A stretch of 64,000 nt of DNA from Octopus vulgaris (GCA_951406725.2 OX597814.1:19034001-19098000); one strand, 5' to 3'; shown: positions 12,806 to 26,902, counted from the first letter of the stretch. Numbers and translations are program-made. The notes: generated by a model from the sequence alone, not told the origin.

Positions 12806-13766
12806 AAGTTAGCGGGGTGGATATCACAGAGGAAAGCCTAGATGGCTGTACCTGTCCATGGCCGCAGTCTAATGTCTGAAGCTAGTGAACAAGTACATGA
12901 GCCATGAAAGGTCTTACTCATTTATCGAGGGCTAAATATTGCTTATTCCCTGATTCATATTTCTGGTTTTATGTCGTCTATACTATCCGTCGAAAATTTG
13001 CTGTTACATCCGGTTTCCTCCAGACTGAGGGGAGGGAGAGAGAAATTTATCTTAAAACCAGAGACTGAGAGCGAATCTTTGCGAAAGTCTGAACTTAGCT
13101 GTCGACCACCAAGTTAACAAGACTTGTGGATAAGTCAACCTATTTTTTTATTACCCACAAGGGGCTAAACATAGAGGGGACAAACAAGGACAGATATAGG
13201 TATTAAGTCGATTACATCGACCCCAGTGCGTAACTGGTACTTAATTTATCGACCCCGAAAGGATGAAAGGCAAAGTCGACCTCAGCGGAATTTGAACTCA
13301 CAACGTTGCGCCAGACGAAATACCGCTAAGCATTTCGCCCGGCATGCTAACGATTCTGCCAGCTCGCCGCCATGTGGATAAGTCAACCGGTGAATAAAGA
13401 TTGTCATATATAAGACTATACGGCAAGTTCTCAACCAGGATAAATACTGCAAGACATCTAGTCTTAAATATCGTATACTGTACCATCTGAAACGATGAAG
13501 TAGATCAATTTATTAGAAAAAAAGAAGAACTAGATTTGGCGTTAAAAATCTTCCCAAGGATAAAATAACAGCAAATTTTCGACGGATAGTATAGACAACA
13601 TACAGCCAGAAATATGAATCAGTGAACAAGCAATATTGAGCCCTCGATAAATGAGTAAGATCTTTTTATGGCTCCTGTAGTTGTTCATTAGTTTCAGACA
13701 TTAGACTGCGGTCATGAACAGACACGCCATGTAGGATTTTCTCCGTGATATCCACTCCACTAACTT
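12806..13766. repeat. Long inverted repeat / foldback (arms ~12806-13006 and ~13566-13766)
   Basis: For example CTATACTATCCGTCGAAAATTTGCTGTTA vs TAACAGCAAATTTTCGACGGATAGTATAG; TCTTACTCATTTATCGAGGGCT vs AGCCCTCGATAAATGAGTAAGA. Confidence 0.9.
13141..13372 (-). mobile_element. SINE family 1 with 16-bp target-site duplication
   Basis: TGTGGATAAGTCAACC at 13125-13140 and 13373-13388. Confidence 0.93.
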
Positions 13767-14055
13767 TATTGATCATTGTTTATTGTATTATATATATTAT
13801 GAGGAAAAGGGATACGACTATATAGGCATATTTTGTTTTGGGATTTGGAACAAAAAGGAACGCAGTGTAAATAACGGACAGAGTCAATACTATTAAAAAG
13901 GGTGCAAGACACGCAACGAAAATTTCAGGAAAATAAAAATAAGAAATAATTAGAAATTTTACCGGCCAGTGTGTTACATTATAAGGCACAAAAAGAAAAT
14001 TACTCTCCCCAGACACAACAGAATATATAGACATGATTACACCAGTAATATATAG

Positions 14056-14435
14056 CTATATATAAACGGCAGTTTGTCTGTGTGTGTTTCTGTGTGTCTG
14101 TTTTCTCGTACCCTCACTCTGACCACGGCTTTCAACCGATTCTGATGAAACTTGACACACACATAGCCCAATGTCATAATTCAAAACTAACGCAGCGAAA
14201 ATTTTGAAAAGTTCCCCCAGTTCTGAAAAAAATCGATAAATTCGACATGGGGTCGAGAATCAGAAACACAAACCACAGACTGTATAGGGGACGCAACTCG
14301 ACCTTTTTAACTCTCAAAAAAAATTTACCATAATTTTTTTCTCCATCTTTTTGCTATTTTTTGGCTATAACTCTCTAAAAATGCTTTATAGTTATTTCCC
14401 TTACAAACCCGAGCAACGCCGGGCGATACTGCTAG
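14056..14435 (+). mobile_element. Non-autonomous Helitron
   Basis: 3' hairpin CCCGAGCAACGCCGGG, then CTAG|T at 14432-14436. 5' end CTATATATAAA followed by (TG/TC)-rich repeat. 3' end shared with 59020-59110. Confidence 0.88.
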
Positions 14436-16563
14436 TATATATATATATATGTATGTACGTTTGAATGGGATTCAGAATGTTTCCTTCTACCATAATTTAT
14501 TAACACCGCATTGATCAATGTTACGGTACATCATCGCAAGGCACTGGTCAACCAGATCAAACACCTAAATATACTGTGCAGTGTCATTGAAACTGGAACC
14601 GGCTGCATGGCTGCGAAGCAAACTCTTCACTCTGTAACTATACCTGTGTCTGTTTATCTTTTACAATTTTACGCTTAAATCATTGAGTTATGTGAATTGT
14701 GCAAGAGAAAAATGTCATTTTACTATAGATCTACACATCTGTTTCACAGCGTAATAGCAGAGGGGAAAAATATATTTGTGTGGTTCTACATATCTGAATA
14801 TCAGACAACATTCTGACAATATGTACAAAAAATAAAACGAAGTAAAAGATAATTTTTTTAAACATTTGTTCAATGTATTTCCATACTTAAGTAAAAAAAA
14901 AAAAAAAAAAAAAATTCAGTTTTGACAGGATCCAACTGTCCAGTAACTCGTCTCTTAGTTATTCCGTAATTCGCTATTATTTTTTAAAAATAACACATAA
15001 CATTTTTGAAAGATTTTTGATCTCTTTTACATAATCGTGACTCTGATACTCTCCAAGCCAATCATCACTGCACATAGTTTATCTAAGGGATATTTTCTTA
15101 CAAAAAGTAAACAAAAAATATATATGTATACAAACTATCATTCATGTGTTGTTAGCCAACCGAGTTCAGTGTTCCTTAACGAGGGTGATCTTGACAGGAA
15201 ACGATGTTTCCAGCGTCAATTGACTATATAAAATACACATCAGTCATCATATATAATTTGATGAAAGTACGCCTCAGTGATTGGAATAATTTCCTGTTGC
15301 ACTGCTGAGTGTTACAAATTAGCTACAAAACGTCTGGTCGCCATCTTTACCGCTTGATTACATTATCTCGGCTTGACGGTTATCTCGCCTTCCTAACAAT
15401 GGAACGACTTCGATTATAGCTTAGTTTCATAGTTTTGCGCAGACAGAGTGTGTGCTATTAACTGTTACTGCTGTCACTGTTGCAGCTCTTGATGTTGTTA
15501 TTATTTTTAGATAATGTTATTGTTGTTGTTTTACTGCTTTCATTCTTCTTATTCATGCTACATGGTGTTATCGATGGTAATGACGCTGGAACAAAGTTTG
15601 ACTTGATATCTTTATAAATGAATGTTTATATTATTAGAGCTGCTTCTCTTGATGCACTTTTATTGGTATTTCCACTGGCGTAGTTTTCCTGTTCTCTCAC
15701 ATTTTTTTTTTCATTTTTGTTTGAGTTTAGTTTATGGCTTTTGTTACTTTGTTTATATTTTTTGTTAGTCGTTCGTCTTTCCACGTTGTAGTTCAATATT
15801 TTTTTTGTATTCCTTGTTGCTTCAACTTAAATGTTTCACCTGTCTTCACAATGTATTTTATGACCCAACGGGGGAACGCGCATGTGGTACCTTGATAAGC
15901 TAAAAATAGCTGCTACTTTATTTCAAACCACATCCTAAGAGTCTAAATAAGGAAGGGCAATCTTAAATAATATACTCCTAGAGTCTAATCAAAGAATAAG
16001 GTGGTCACATTTAGAATACAGTAAGTCATGGATCTGTTTGTTTAAATGTCACCAGCAGCAGCATTAACAACAACTACGAGTTAAGGATGTCCGTGGGTGA
16101 ACGCTTGATGCGCAAGAAATATCAGCCAAATCCTTCTCAAGTCTCACCCAATTTTTTTAATAGTAATCATTGGATAATTTGTTTATAATATGATTATAAA
16201 AATGTGATATGTGATCACCATAAATCCGTCCACCTTTAATGGCATATCTATCTAAAACAATAAGTATTCTCAAATAGGATTTCACTGAAGATAACCAGTC
16301 ACAAAAATATTAATAATGTGTATATCAGGCCCGTACCGTCAGTTGGATGATAGGCAGTTGGTGACTTTTATGTAGTAAAACACACAAAAAATAAGCGAAG
16401 AAGAGGCGCGCGACTAAGTTAAAGACAGATTTATTTCTATCTTTTATAGCACGTAAAGAAAACGGTGTTGTAGGAGTGTATGCAGCATCTGTACTACAGC
16501 AGAACTATGCCTAGGTCAAATAATGAGACTGAAAACCAGGGGCGAATTATGCTTACCTAATCT

Positions 16564-16664
<101 letters not shown>

Positions 16665-16702
16665 TATGTGTGTGTGTGTGTATGTGTGTGTGTGTATACA
16701 TA

Positions 16703-16946
16703 CATTGTTTTTAGCCTTCAAATGACGCCATCCCGCTGGCTAAATGAGCAGGCCAACAGAAGAGAGCGTGAGAGAAAGTTGTGGTGAAAGAGTACAGCAG
16801 GGATCGCCACCACCCCCTGACGGAGCCTTGTGGAGCTTTTAGGTGTTTTTCGCTCAATAAACACTCACAACGCCCGGTCTGGTAATCGAAACCACTATCC
16901 TACGACCGCGAGTCCGCTGCCCTAACCACTTGGCCACTGCGCCTCC
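16703..16946 (-). mobile_element. tRNA-headed SINE family 2
   Basis: Minus strand GGAGGCGCAGTGGCCAAGTGGTTAGGGCAGCGGACTCGCGGTCGTAGG..GGTTTCGATT (box A/B). Confidence 0.85.
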
Positions 16947-16955
16947 ACACTCTCT

Positions 16956-16986
<31 letters not shown>

Positions 16987-17740
16987 ACATTGTGTGTATA
17001 TTTCCTTATCACCACTTGTCGACTGGTGGGGACCAGTTGACCACCCCTAACTTAGCAGTTGGCAAAAGAATAAAGTCCGAAACGTTGACGGTATTTCTTT
17101 ACCAATTAAAGAGTTAAGCTAATAATGAATAGGATAAAACTAGGGCTTCCTGCATTGTCCTGTTAGTATATTAAATATTGCATTTACAATGTGTGCGCAT
17201 GTGTGTGTGTATCTGTGTATCTGTGTATACATATGTGCGTTTGTACACGCGTGTGCGTCAAATATATATATAAGGCTTCGTATATTTCGTTGTTTTTTCT
17301 TTTTTTTTTGTCTTTTCGGTCATCTATCATTATCGTCTGCTTCTATCATTATCGTCTGCAACTGGAGCCGCATCACAATAACAACGTCAATATCATCACA
17401 TCATCAGCAGCAGCACCTCGCTTGTAGACAACAGTAACCTACACACCTTGCTACCTCAGTGGCTTACCGAATTTTAGCTGTCAACAAGCTATATAGGGTT
17501 GCCAGTACACAGTTTGTAGTTATGTATATGTACGCATTTGTAGGAGAGGTCTGTGTGTGTATCAGGATGTGAGGAGCCAAATTCTGAATCAATCTATGTA
17601 TTTATCCATCATCGGTATATCTATTCATTTATCTAGTCATCAATCGATCTATCAGCAATTCTGTCAGTCTAGTTTACTTTTCCTCTCTCTTACCATCACT
17701 CTCTCCCTTTTTCTCGGTAGATTTACATATATACATATAT

Positions 17741-17788
<48 letters not shown>

Positions 17789-17824
17789 ACACATACTTAT
17801 ATAATATATACAAATGTATGTGTT

Positions 17825-17855
<31 letters not shown>

Positions 17856-18089
17856 ACATATTGATAAATATACTGATATGGACATATATATTTATATATA
17901 TACATATGTATTTGTATTTATATATATATATGTATATATATGTATATATATATATATATATATACATATATATCTATGTTTATATATATATACATATATA
18001 TATGTATATGTATTTTATATATGTATATACATATATACATACATATTTACTTATATATATATATATACATAGTACATATACATATTTAC

Positions 18090-18138
<49 letters not shown>

Positions 18139-18894
18139 CATACAATTTTATGCATACGTATTTACATATGCGTGTATGTAAAGTGTATTTGTGCGTATCA
18201 AACCGGTATGTATATAAAGTGAATACTTATTCATATAAATATGCATACATATTTGTGTATATCTATTTTATAAGAAGACTGATATTTTTTGCATCTGTTT
18301 GGAATAGAGAGATCAAAACAAAAAGAAAGGGAGAGGAAGAAGCAGAGACAGAGAGATAGTTAGAGAAAGAGAACGAGAGAGAGAGAGAGATAGAGAGAGA
18401 GCGAGCGAAACCGGGTAGGAAGGACAACCAGGCGAAGAAAAGTAGAACTTATGGTTGTGTTGAAGGCATGGAAACAGGGGTGTGTAGAATAAGAGATAAA
18501 CATGCACTGGATAGCCCGGAGACAAAACGCTGAGCAAGGTGCTAACGGTGGTGTCAGCTGCACAAATCAACATCTCGAAACAGTTTATTCTGCTAGCGGG
18601 AATGTTTGTCTCGTAGGAAGATCTCAAACGCCATGCTTCATGTTTTACCGCCGTTCGACTTAACACTTAACCCGGTAAGTATGTAAGCAAAGCAGCGAAA
18701 ATGGGCGACGGTGAAGTGGGTGGCAGTGGAGTGGTACAGTTATATTTACATGAAACCCTTGGTGAGACTTCGTGATATAATGTGTGCGTGTGCGTGTCTA
18801 TACATTTGCGTCTATACATATATATATATATATATATACTATACATATACATACACACACACACACATGTATATATACATACACTATATTATAC

Positions 18895-18926
<32 letters not shown>

Positions 18927-18946
18927 ACATATACATATGTGTGTAT

Positions 18947-19310
18947 GGAGGCGCAGTGGCTGGGTGGTTAGGGCAGTGGACTCGTGGTCACAGGATCGCG
19001 GTTTCGATTCTCAGACCGGGCGTTGTAAGTGTTTATTGAGCGAAAACTCCTAAAGCCTCTCGAGGCTCCCGCATAGGTTGGTGGCGAACGCTGGCGTACT
19101 CTTTCACCACAACTTTTTTTCACTCTTCCTATTTCAAAGGGCCAGCCTTGTCACAGCCTGTGTCACGCTGAATCTCCGCGAGATCTACCTTAAGGGTACA
19201 CGTGTCTGTGGAGTACTCAGCCACTTGCACGTTAATTTTACAAGCAGGCTGTTCAGTTGATCGGATCAACTGTGAGCCTTCCTTGTCGTCGTAACAGGAG
19301 TGCCACGGAA
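18947..19310 (+). mobile_element. SINE family 2 (different tail)
   Basis: Same tRNA-like head. The tail is shared with 49175-49335. Confidence 0.85.
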
Positions 19311-19569
19311 TATATATATATCGCCGCCACCTCTCCACAACATCACACCACACTACACTACACCATACGACATTACACATCACATCATACATACACACTT
19401 CCAGACCACAAGCCCTCTTTCACATGCACATACATACTCTCTTATGCACACATGCACCTTCATGTTGGGGCGAGGTCACTTGACCCTGTTATCTCCTCTA
19501 CTATCCCTCTAGCATCTAACGTCTGACCTCTAACGTTTGACCTCCGATCTCTGACTTCTCCTGAAATCA

Positions 19570-19770
19570 GAACGCCATGTTGGATCGTTAGCCCCTACAC
19601 GCAATTTTTTTCTCTCCTTGTTTCTCTCCTTGTTTCTTTTCTGCGTATCTTTCTGTCGAAGAGCGTAGGCTCGAAACGTAAAAGACTTGTTTTATTTCTA
19701 TTCCTGAGCGCCATACTAATACAATTGTTTGTTTGTACTCCACCTGCTTTCGTCTTTTGTTTATTTTCGC
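19570..19770 (+). mobile_element. Family A hammerhead-bearing element
   Basis: Aligns to 11125-11340. Confidence 0.85.
19648..19685 (+). ncRNA. Family A hammerhead, variant core CUGUCGA
   Basis: UCUUU-CUGUCGA-A-GAGC-guag-GCUC-GAAAC-GUA-AAAGA. Confidence 0.72.
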
Positions 19771-20045
19771 AGAAACTGAAAAAAAGCCTGTCGTAAGTAT
19801 GTATATATGTATGTAGGTATTTATGTGTGTGTGACTTTGTGTCAGTGTTTGTCCACTCAATATCGCTTGAAAACTGATGTTGGTATCTTTACGTCCCCGT
19901 AACTTAGCGGTTCGGCAAAATAGGACATAGCATAAGTACTGCAAAGATTAAGTCCTGGGTCGATTTCTTCGACAAAAAAGCCTTTTGGTGCAGTGCCCCA
20001 GCGTAGCCGCAGTCAAATGACAGAGACAAGTAAAAGAATAAAAGA
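19771..20045 (+). mobile_element. 3' part of SINE family 3
   Basis: GAAACTGAAA..GCCTGTCGTA, CCCCGTAACTTAGCGGTTCGGCAAAA, GCCGCAGTCAAATGAC..AAGTAAAAG. Confidence 0.8.
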
Positions 20046-20233
20046 ATGGTTTCTAAGACATTAGCATGAATTGTACTGATTAGACAACACATTTAGTTCC
20101 TTCAAACTGGGTAAGATACCATTGAAAGTGGCCCTCTTAAAGCAGCCGAGAAGATGAAGTGGAGCGGTAAAGTAGCGATATGAACCACCCTCGTGTCTCT
20201 TGGTAAGTTGTTATTTTAGTGAATTCGCGAACC

Positions 20234-20320
<87 letters not shown>

Positions 20321-20601
20321 TTCAGTTTTGAACTTGTTCACCGTCTGTTCTAAGTCAATTTTACTTTTCCTAAACTATTTATAAACTACGTAAACAGGCA
20401 TTTTAAACATTTCAAATGCATTTTATACAGCGGTCTACTAAATGACTTTATACAGATATTCAGTACAGTTCTATTCAGTAAGTACATTTCGCAGCAGTCT
20501 TAAACATACATGGATACGTAAAGATCTGTGTGTGCGTATGTGTGTGTTTGTTGTGTACGTGTGTATTTGTGTATACAAACACGCGTACACACACGCATAC
20601 A

Positions 20602-21598
20602 CTCGAGGATCAGCTGAAAAATTCACATGCCGATCAAGACCCCCTCTTAGAATTTGACTAGATGAGATTTTTCAACATAGTCCCCTTCACGGTCGACACA
20701 GTTATTCTATCGGTGTTGTTGTGCTCGGATCCCATTGGTGAAAAATTTTTATCTTTTTGTCAAAAAATGTCATGAACTGCAGATATGACGTCAAGATTAT
20801 TACGACACTGGTTCCCAGCGGTGTTTTCGTATTGGCAAAGAGATGATAGTTACATGGGGCCAAATCAGAATAAGGACGGTGATCAACTATTTCAAAGCCA
20901 CAATCATCCGCAGAAGCCATTGAAACCAAGGACGTGTGTGTGCTGGAGCATTGTCCTGATGAAATAAGATCCCTTTCATCAGGGTTTTCTTGGACGTGTC
21001 GTCTTGATAAATTTTTGTAACTGCATCAGGAAGTGGGTATAGTCCTCTCCATTGAATCTGTGACACCTTTTAAAAAGATACTCAAAAACCTAAGGTCATC
21101 ACCTTCCCTTCAAATTAAATGACCTTGGCCTTCTTTCGATCCGGTCAGGATAGGTGTTTCCACTGCAGGTATTGTCTGAAAATGAGGAACCCAATACTCA
21201 TCTTGACCGAATATTCATCTTCTCAATTCTGTTGGTTGTGGGTCTCCCAGAACGTTCAACAATATCGACACATTTCGGCCATCTTGGAAACGTCTGAACT
21301 ACTCGTACACTTGTGTGCAGCTCATACACGCCTGTCCATATACTTTCTACAAATTTGTGTAGGCCTTTGAGCAGGTATCGCCGTGACAACTTCTTCTGTC
21401 GTGGTCAATGCGACGATCACACGCTACACACGTTCCTTCCAAGCACTGCTGTAAAGAGTAGACGTGAAACAGAACTTGAAAAGTTAGTGCGCACGCACAA
21501 CAGAGTTCAAGGTCAACCAGTGCCAAAGGACTTTACTCTAATTGCTTTAGCTTCGTTACTATGGCAACAGCCCGGATACTTATTGATCAGATCTTGTG
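20602..21598 (-). mobile_element. Decayed mariner element
   Basis: CGFEIVDHRPYSDLAPCNYHLF and HQDNAP motifs; degenerate TIR-like ends. Confidence 0.82.
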
Positions 21599-21663
21599 TG
21601 TACATTTGCCTATATATACATATATAAATATATACATGTATACATACAGACACGCACACACAT

Positions 21664-21709
<46 letters not shown>

Positions 21710-22379
21710 AGAGAGGTGAGAGTGAGAAAGATATAGAGAGATTAAGAGAGACGGAGAGAGAGAGAGAGACGCGCATGCGCAAACACCTGCACACCTAGTT
21801 ACGCGAACACGCATTTATATATAATACATTAAATGTTGCGCAATGTATACGTTAGCAGTTATTTTTTTTTTTTCTAAATATCTCGCCGTGATGGCATATT
21901 TATCGTGCACGTCTAACATAACCTCATCTAACATTTCTTAAACATCCTTTTGAAGCAAATTTGAAAAATCTATTGAATTCTAAACTGAATTTCTCGTTGT
22001 TTTTTCAATGTTTCGACTCTAGTTTACTTTTTTCAACAACTCATTGTTCACTGTATGTTTGTATATCTGTATATATTCCTCTCTTTTTGCTCTCTCTCCT
22101 TTTCTCTCAACATACCTTAAAACTGTCATCATGCATTCTCTGTATTTATTTGTTCATTGTGCTTATTTTGTTGTTTATTTTATTTTATTTATTTATTGTT
22201 ATTTATTTATTAATTTTTTTTTTTTTTGCTAACAATATCTTCTGTTTTTTTTTGTTATTTCATTTTGTTATTTCCAGTTTAAGAAACTTTGCTGTTTTTC
22301 ATTATTTATCTCAAACTCTTCGCGTTACTCTTCTCCAAAACTTTGTCAATTTTCGCATATAAGCTAAATTATCTGTATG

Positions 22380-22602
22380 TGTATGTGTTGTGTGTGTGTA
22401 TGTGTGTGTGTTGTGTGTATGTATATGTGAATGTATATATATATATATATATATACATATATATATACAAATATATATAAATATATATATATATATATGT
22501 ATATATACAAATATATATATATATATATATATAATGAAAAATGTAAGGTAAATAGACATACGACATATATATATATATATTTATATATATATGTATATAT
22601 GA

Positions 22603-22635
<33 letters not shown>

Positions 22636-22731
22636 TACATATATATATACATATATATATACATATATATATATGTATATATATATATACATATATATAT
22701 ACATATATATATATATACACATATATATATG

Positions 22732-22786
<55 letters not shown>

Positions 22787-22840
22787 TATATGTATGTATA
22801 TATATATACATATATATATATATGTATGTATATATGTATA
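22380..22840. repeat. Long interrupted (TA)n microsatellite
   Basis: Direct reading. Confidence 0.95.
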
Positions 22841-23780
22841 ATGTTCGTGTTAATGAATTAATTATTAGTTTTGTAAGCCATGATCTTTTTTTTATTTGAT
22901 TTATATACGCATTTGTTTACAATGTATAGTTTACCAATCATGATATATATGCATTCATTTGCCAGTTGATCTACGTTTCCAGTAATCTTTCTGTATATCT
23001 GTTATCTATATGATTCTCCACTATCTCTCCATCTAACTACTCTCAAGCTCTGTGTGTGTGTATGTGTGTGTGTGTGTGTTTCCATGTCTAGTTATATATA
23101 TTAACATCAAAATATTATTTGAAGTTACTCCAGCATAATGTTAAACAGTGTCACATATAGTTTTACTAGGAAAACTTTGTTTTCGGTAGACTGCCTGACG
23201 AAAATAACAACGGTGAATTCGAAATCACTGTCTACAATTTCCTTTCAATTAAATATACTCCACCTTTCAATCATTCTCTCTCTCTCTCTCTCTTTCACTC
23301 TCTTTCCTCCCTTTTCTGTTTCCCTCTCGCTATGTACCGTACGTAGCTTTTTTTTTTTATAGAGTAAGAGAGGAATGAGGAGCGGAAGGAGGAAAGGAAC
23401 AGCGACATGTAATGATGTCGTGATCAATGGATCAGCAAATGCGAGACAGATAAAAGAAAAATATAGAAATTAGATATTAAAAAATAGAACTATAATTTAG
23501 AATTCACTAAATTTTAAGATTTTGCTTGATAGAAGTTTAAGAAATGCTACACGAAGTCGTACCTACTAAATATGCTAACACTTGCAACTGCTTTAAAGAA
23601 TATCTGCTAATGTATTTATTTCGGAATTTCTAATTGTTTGTTGAAAAATATATTTCGTAGCTTTCGCTTTCTCGCTACCATCACGACCTTCCCAGAGCCT
23701 AAAATCTTATCAATCAAACATTTCCAAAGTCAGGAGTTTTCTAGCCGTTTGACAAATCAAAACTGCCACATCCATCACCT

Positions 23781-24075
23781 AGATGGCCTAGTGGTTAGAG
23801 CAGCAGACTCGCGGTCGAGGGATCGCCGGTTCTAATCTCAGACCGGGCGATGTGTGTGTTTATGAGCGAAACACCTAAGCTCCACGCGGCTCCGGCAGAA
23901 GATAATGGCGAACTTCTGCTGACTCTTTCACCATAACTTTCTCTCACTCTTTCTTCCTGCATCTTGCAGCTCACCAGCGACGGACCGGCGTCCCGTCCAG
24001 GTGGAGAACCTATGCGCCAAGGAAACCGAGAAACCGGCCCTAATGAGCCAGGCATGACTCAAGAAGGAACAACAA
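23781..24075 (+). mobile_element. SINE family 2 (third tail type, ends in (AAC)n)
   Basis: TGGCCTAGTGGTTAGAGCAGCAGACTCGCGG head. Reverse-complement match to 40255-40558. Confidence 0.85.
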
Positions 24076-24163
24076 TTAATCTACAAAGTTCCATCATAAT
24101 CGAAAGGTTTGACTGCACTTTATCCATCTTACTAAATAAAATAATAACTCAAATAACTTAGAT

Positions 24164-24564
24164 AGGCGCAGGAGTGGCTGTGTGGTAAGTAGCTTGCTAA
24201 CCAACCACATGGTTCCGGGTTCAGTCCCACTGCGTGGCATCTTGGGCAAGTGTCTTCTGCTATAGCCCCGGGCCGACCAATGCCTTGTGAGTGGATTTGG
24301 TAGACGGAAACTGAAAGAAGCCTGTCGTATATATGTATATATATATGTATGTGTGTGTGTTTATGTGTCTGTGTTTGTCCCCCTAGCATTGCTTGACAAC
24401 CGATGCTGGTGTGTTTACGTCCCCGTCACTTAGCGGTTCGGCAAAAGAGACCGATAGAATAAGTACTGGGCTTACAAAGAATAAGTCCCGGGGTCGAGTT
24501 GCTCGATTAAAGGCGGTGCTCCAGCATGGCCGCAGTCAAATGACTGAAAACAAGTAAAAGAGTA
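24164..24564 (+). mobile_element. SINE family 3 (CORE-like), full length
   Basis: AGGCGCAGGAGTGGCTGTGTGGTAAG head, GGTTCAGTCCC box B, CORE-like CTTGGGCAAGT, internal (TA)/(TG), tail AAGTAAAAGAGTA. Confidence 0.92.
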
Positions 24565-24854
24565 TGTTTCAGCCAAAGTTTGGCTAACCCTAGAGCACCA
24601 CTTGATGAATAGTGTGCAATCCCTTTACTATATTATCCATGAGCGAAAGGGAACCACTTTTGGGCGAGATGTTCTACGAGCATATGTTGGAAATTTATAA
24701 TAGTGACCAAGGGGTCCGCAAACACATAACACAGTACTTTAATGGAAAAGTCAAATACAGAGTTATGTTCCGTACATTTGAGTTTTGATGTATATATAGT
24801 TATTTGTACTACATAGTTATATATGTCGTGTGTTGTATGTTTATGCGCTTGACA

Positions 24855-24887
24855 CCACAGAAACTGAAAGAAATCCGTCGAATATGT

Positions 24888-24969
<82 letters not shown>

Positions 24970-25180
24970 TTGTGCGTGTGTGTGCTTTTGTGCGTGTGTG
25001 TGACCACTGTTTGAATAACGGCTTGTTGTTTTGTTTATGTTTCCGTAACTTACCAGTTCGCTAAAATGAGACTGATTGAATAAGTACCAGGTTTAACAAA
25101 ACAAGTACTGGGTTTGATTCATTCGACTAAAAGTTCTTCAATGCAGTGTTCCTGCATGGCCGCAGTCTTATAACTAAATA
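24855..25180 (+). mobile_element. Degenerate 3' part of SINE family 3
   Basis: GAAACTGAAAGAAATCCGTCG, AATAAGTAC, CATGGCCGCAGTC. Confidence 0.7.
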
Positions 25181-25390
25181 GAGAAAAGATATAGATAGAA
25201 ATATATATAGATAGACATATATATAGATAGAGAGGGTGGTGAGAGAGACTGTGAGAGAAGGAGAGACAGAGATTGAGACAAGGAGATATAGACAGTGAGC
25301 GAACGAGTGAGAAAGGGAGAGAGACAAGAGAGCGAAAGAGAAAGCTTAACATATATATATATATTTACATATGCAAAAGCACACATATAT

Positions 25391-25556
25391 AGGCGCAGGA
25401 GTGGCTGTGTGGTAAGTAGCTTGTTTACCAACCACATGGTTCCGGGTTCAATCCCACTGCGTGGCACCTTGGGCAAGTGTCTTCTACTATAGCCTTGGGC
25501 CGACCAAAGCCTTGTGAGTGGATTTGGTAGACGGAAACTGAAAGAAGCCCGTCGTA

Positions 25557-25606
<50 letters not shown>

Positions 25607-25836
25607 TGTGTGTGTTTCTGTGTCTGTGTTTCTCCTCCTGGCATTGCTTGACAACCAATGCAGGTGTGTTTATGTCCCCATTACTTAGCGGTTCGGCAAA
25701 AGAGACCGAAGAGACCGATAGAATAAGTACTGGGCTTACAAAAGAATAAGTCCCGGGATCGAGTTGCTCGATTAAAGGCGTTGCTCCAGCATGGCCGCAG
25801 TCAAATGACTGAAACAAGTAAAAGAGTAAAAGAGTA
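25391..25836 (+). mobile_element. SINE family 3, full length
   Basis: Near-identical to 24164-24564; tail (GTAAAAGA)n. Confidence 0.92.
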
Positions 25837-26619
25837 ATATATATATACCGGTGTGTATAAAATATATATAATGCGTATACAGACTATAATCATTTCTCAC
25901 AAAGAAACTTTTCAAAAGCAATTGTGTCTGAAAAGCAGAAGGCTTTGCTCAAAACGCCACTGGATTAAAATAAGTTGGTCTCCTCAGTGGCAAACTCTCC
26001 GGACATTCTAAGACAAGCCAACAAATGCTTGTTCCCTCATGTAAATTGGTAAATGAAACATTCACTGATAAGTACCAAATCAAAGTTAACCGCAAGCTTC
26101 GTTACAGAACCTCTCCATTTCTAACTGAATAACATTCATATTGTTAAACACTTCTTGTATTGTTAATGCTCTCCAGAAATATAGTGAGCTCTATAACACG
26201 TATTATTCCTCCTTACAGTCATTTTCTCGTGTTCAAGTGATAAATCGTTATAGGTTTTACTAATTTTTCAACAATAGATTCCTTTTATTTTGACTTGGGT
26301 GATTAAGAGAACTTGTAGCGACGAAGGAAGATGTGTCACATTGTTTGCAAGTCATTGTATTGAAATACTCTCTGAACAATTTCAAAGATATAATTGCCAA
26401 CTTTCTGATTCTTGAGGTAGGCGTTTAAATAGATGAAGTCAAAACAATTGGTTTTCATTGTTATCACGAAGTGATTTTACAACAAAAGATGTGTGTGTAT
26501 CTACACACACACACATACACACACATACACACGCACACATTCATACTTGTACCTATAAATGCAGGTATGTATATATGGGGTATGTTTGTGTGTGTACATG
26601 CATATACACACATTCATGC

Positions 26620-26677
<58 letters not shown>

Positions 26678-26692
26678 ATATATATAAATATA

Positions 26693-26732
<40 letters not shown>

Positions 26733-26758
26733 TATATGTATGCATATATATATATGTA

Positions 26759-26793
<35 letters not shown>

Positions 26794-26854
26794 GAGGAAG
26801 TCAGAGGTAAAGGATGAAGGAGTGTGTATGTGTGTGTCCGTGTGTGTGGGTGTG

Positions 26855-26902
<48 letters not shown>

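Noticed and set aside
14142-14152. CTGATGAAAC inside the Helitron
   Set aside because: No stem II between CUGAUGA and GAAA, so it is not a hammerhead.
16870-16946. tRNA-like sequences (also 18947, 23781, 24164, 25391)
   Set aside because: They are SINE heads: box A/B are present but there is no complete cloverleaf, and each continues into a SINE body.
17395-17460. let-7-like miRNA gene on the minus strand
   Set aside because: The downstream arm pairs poorly (large internal mismatch), and let-7 is normally near-invariant. Kept only as a possible target site.
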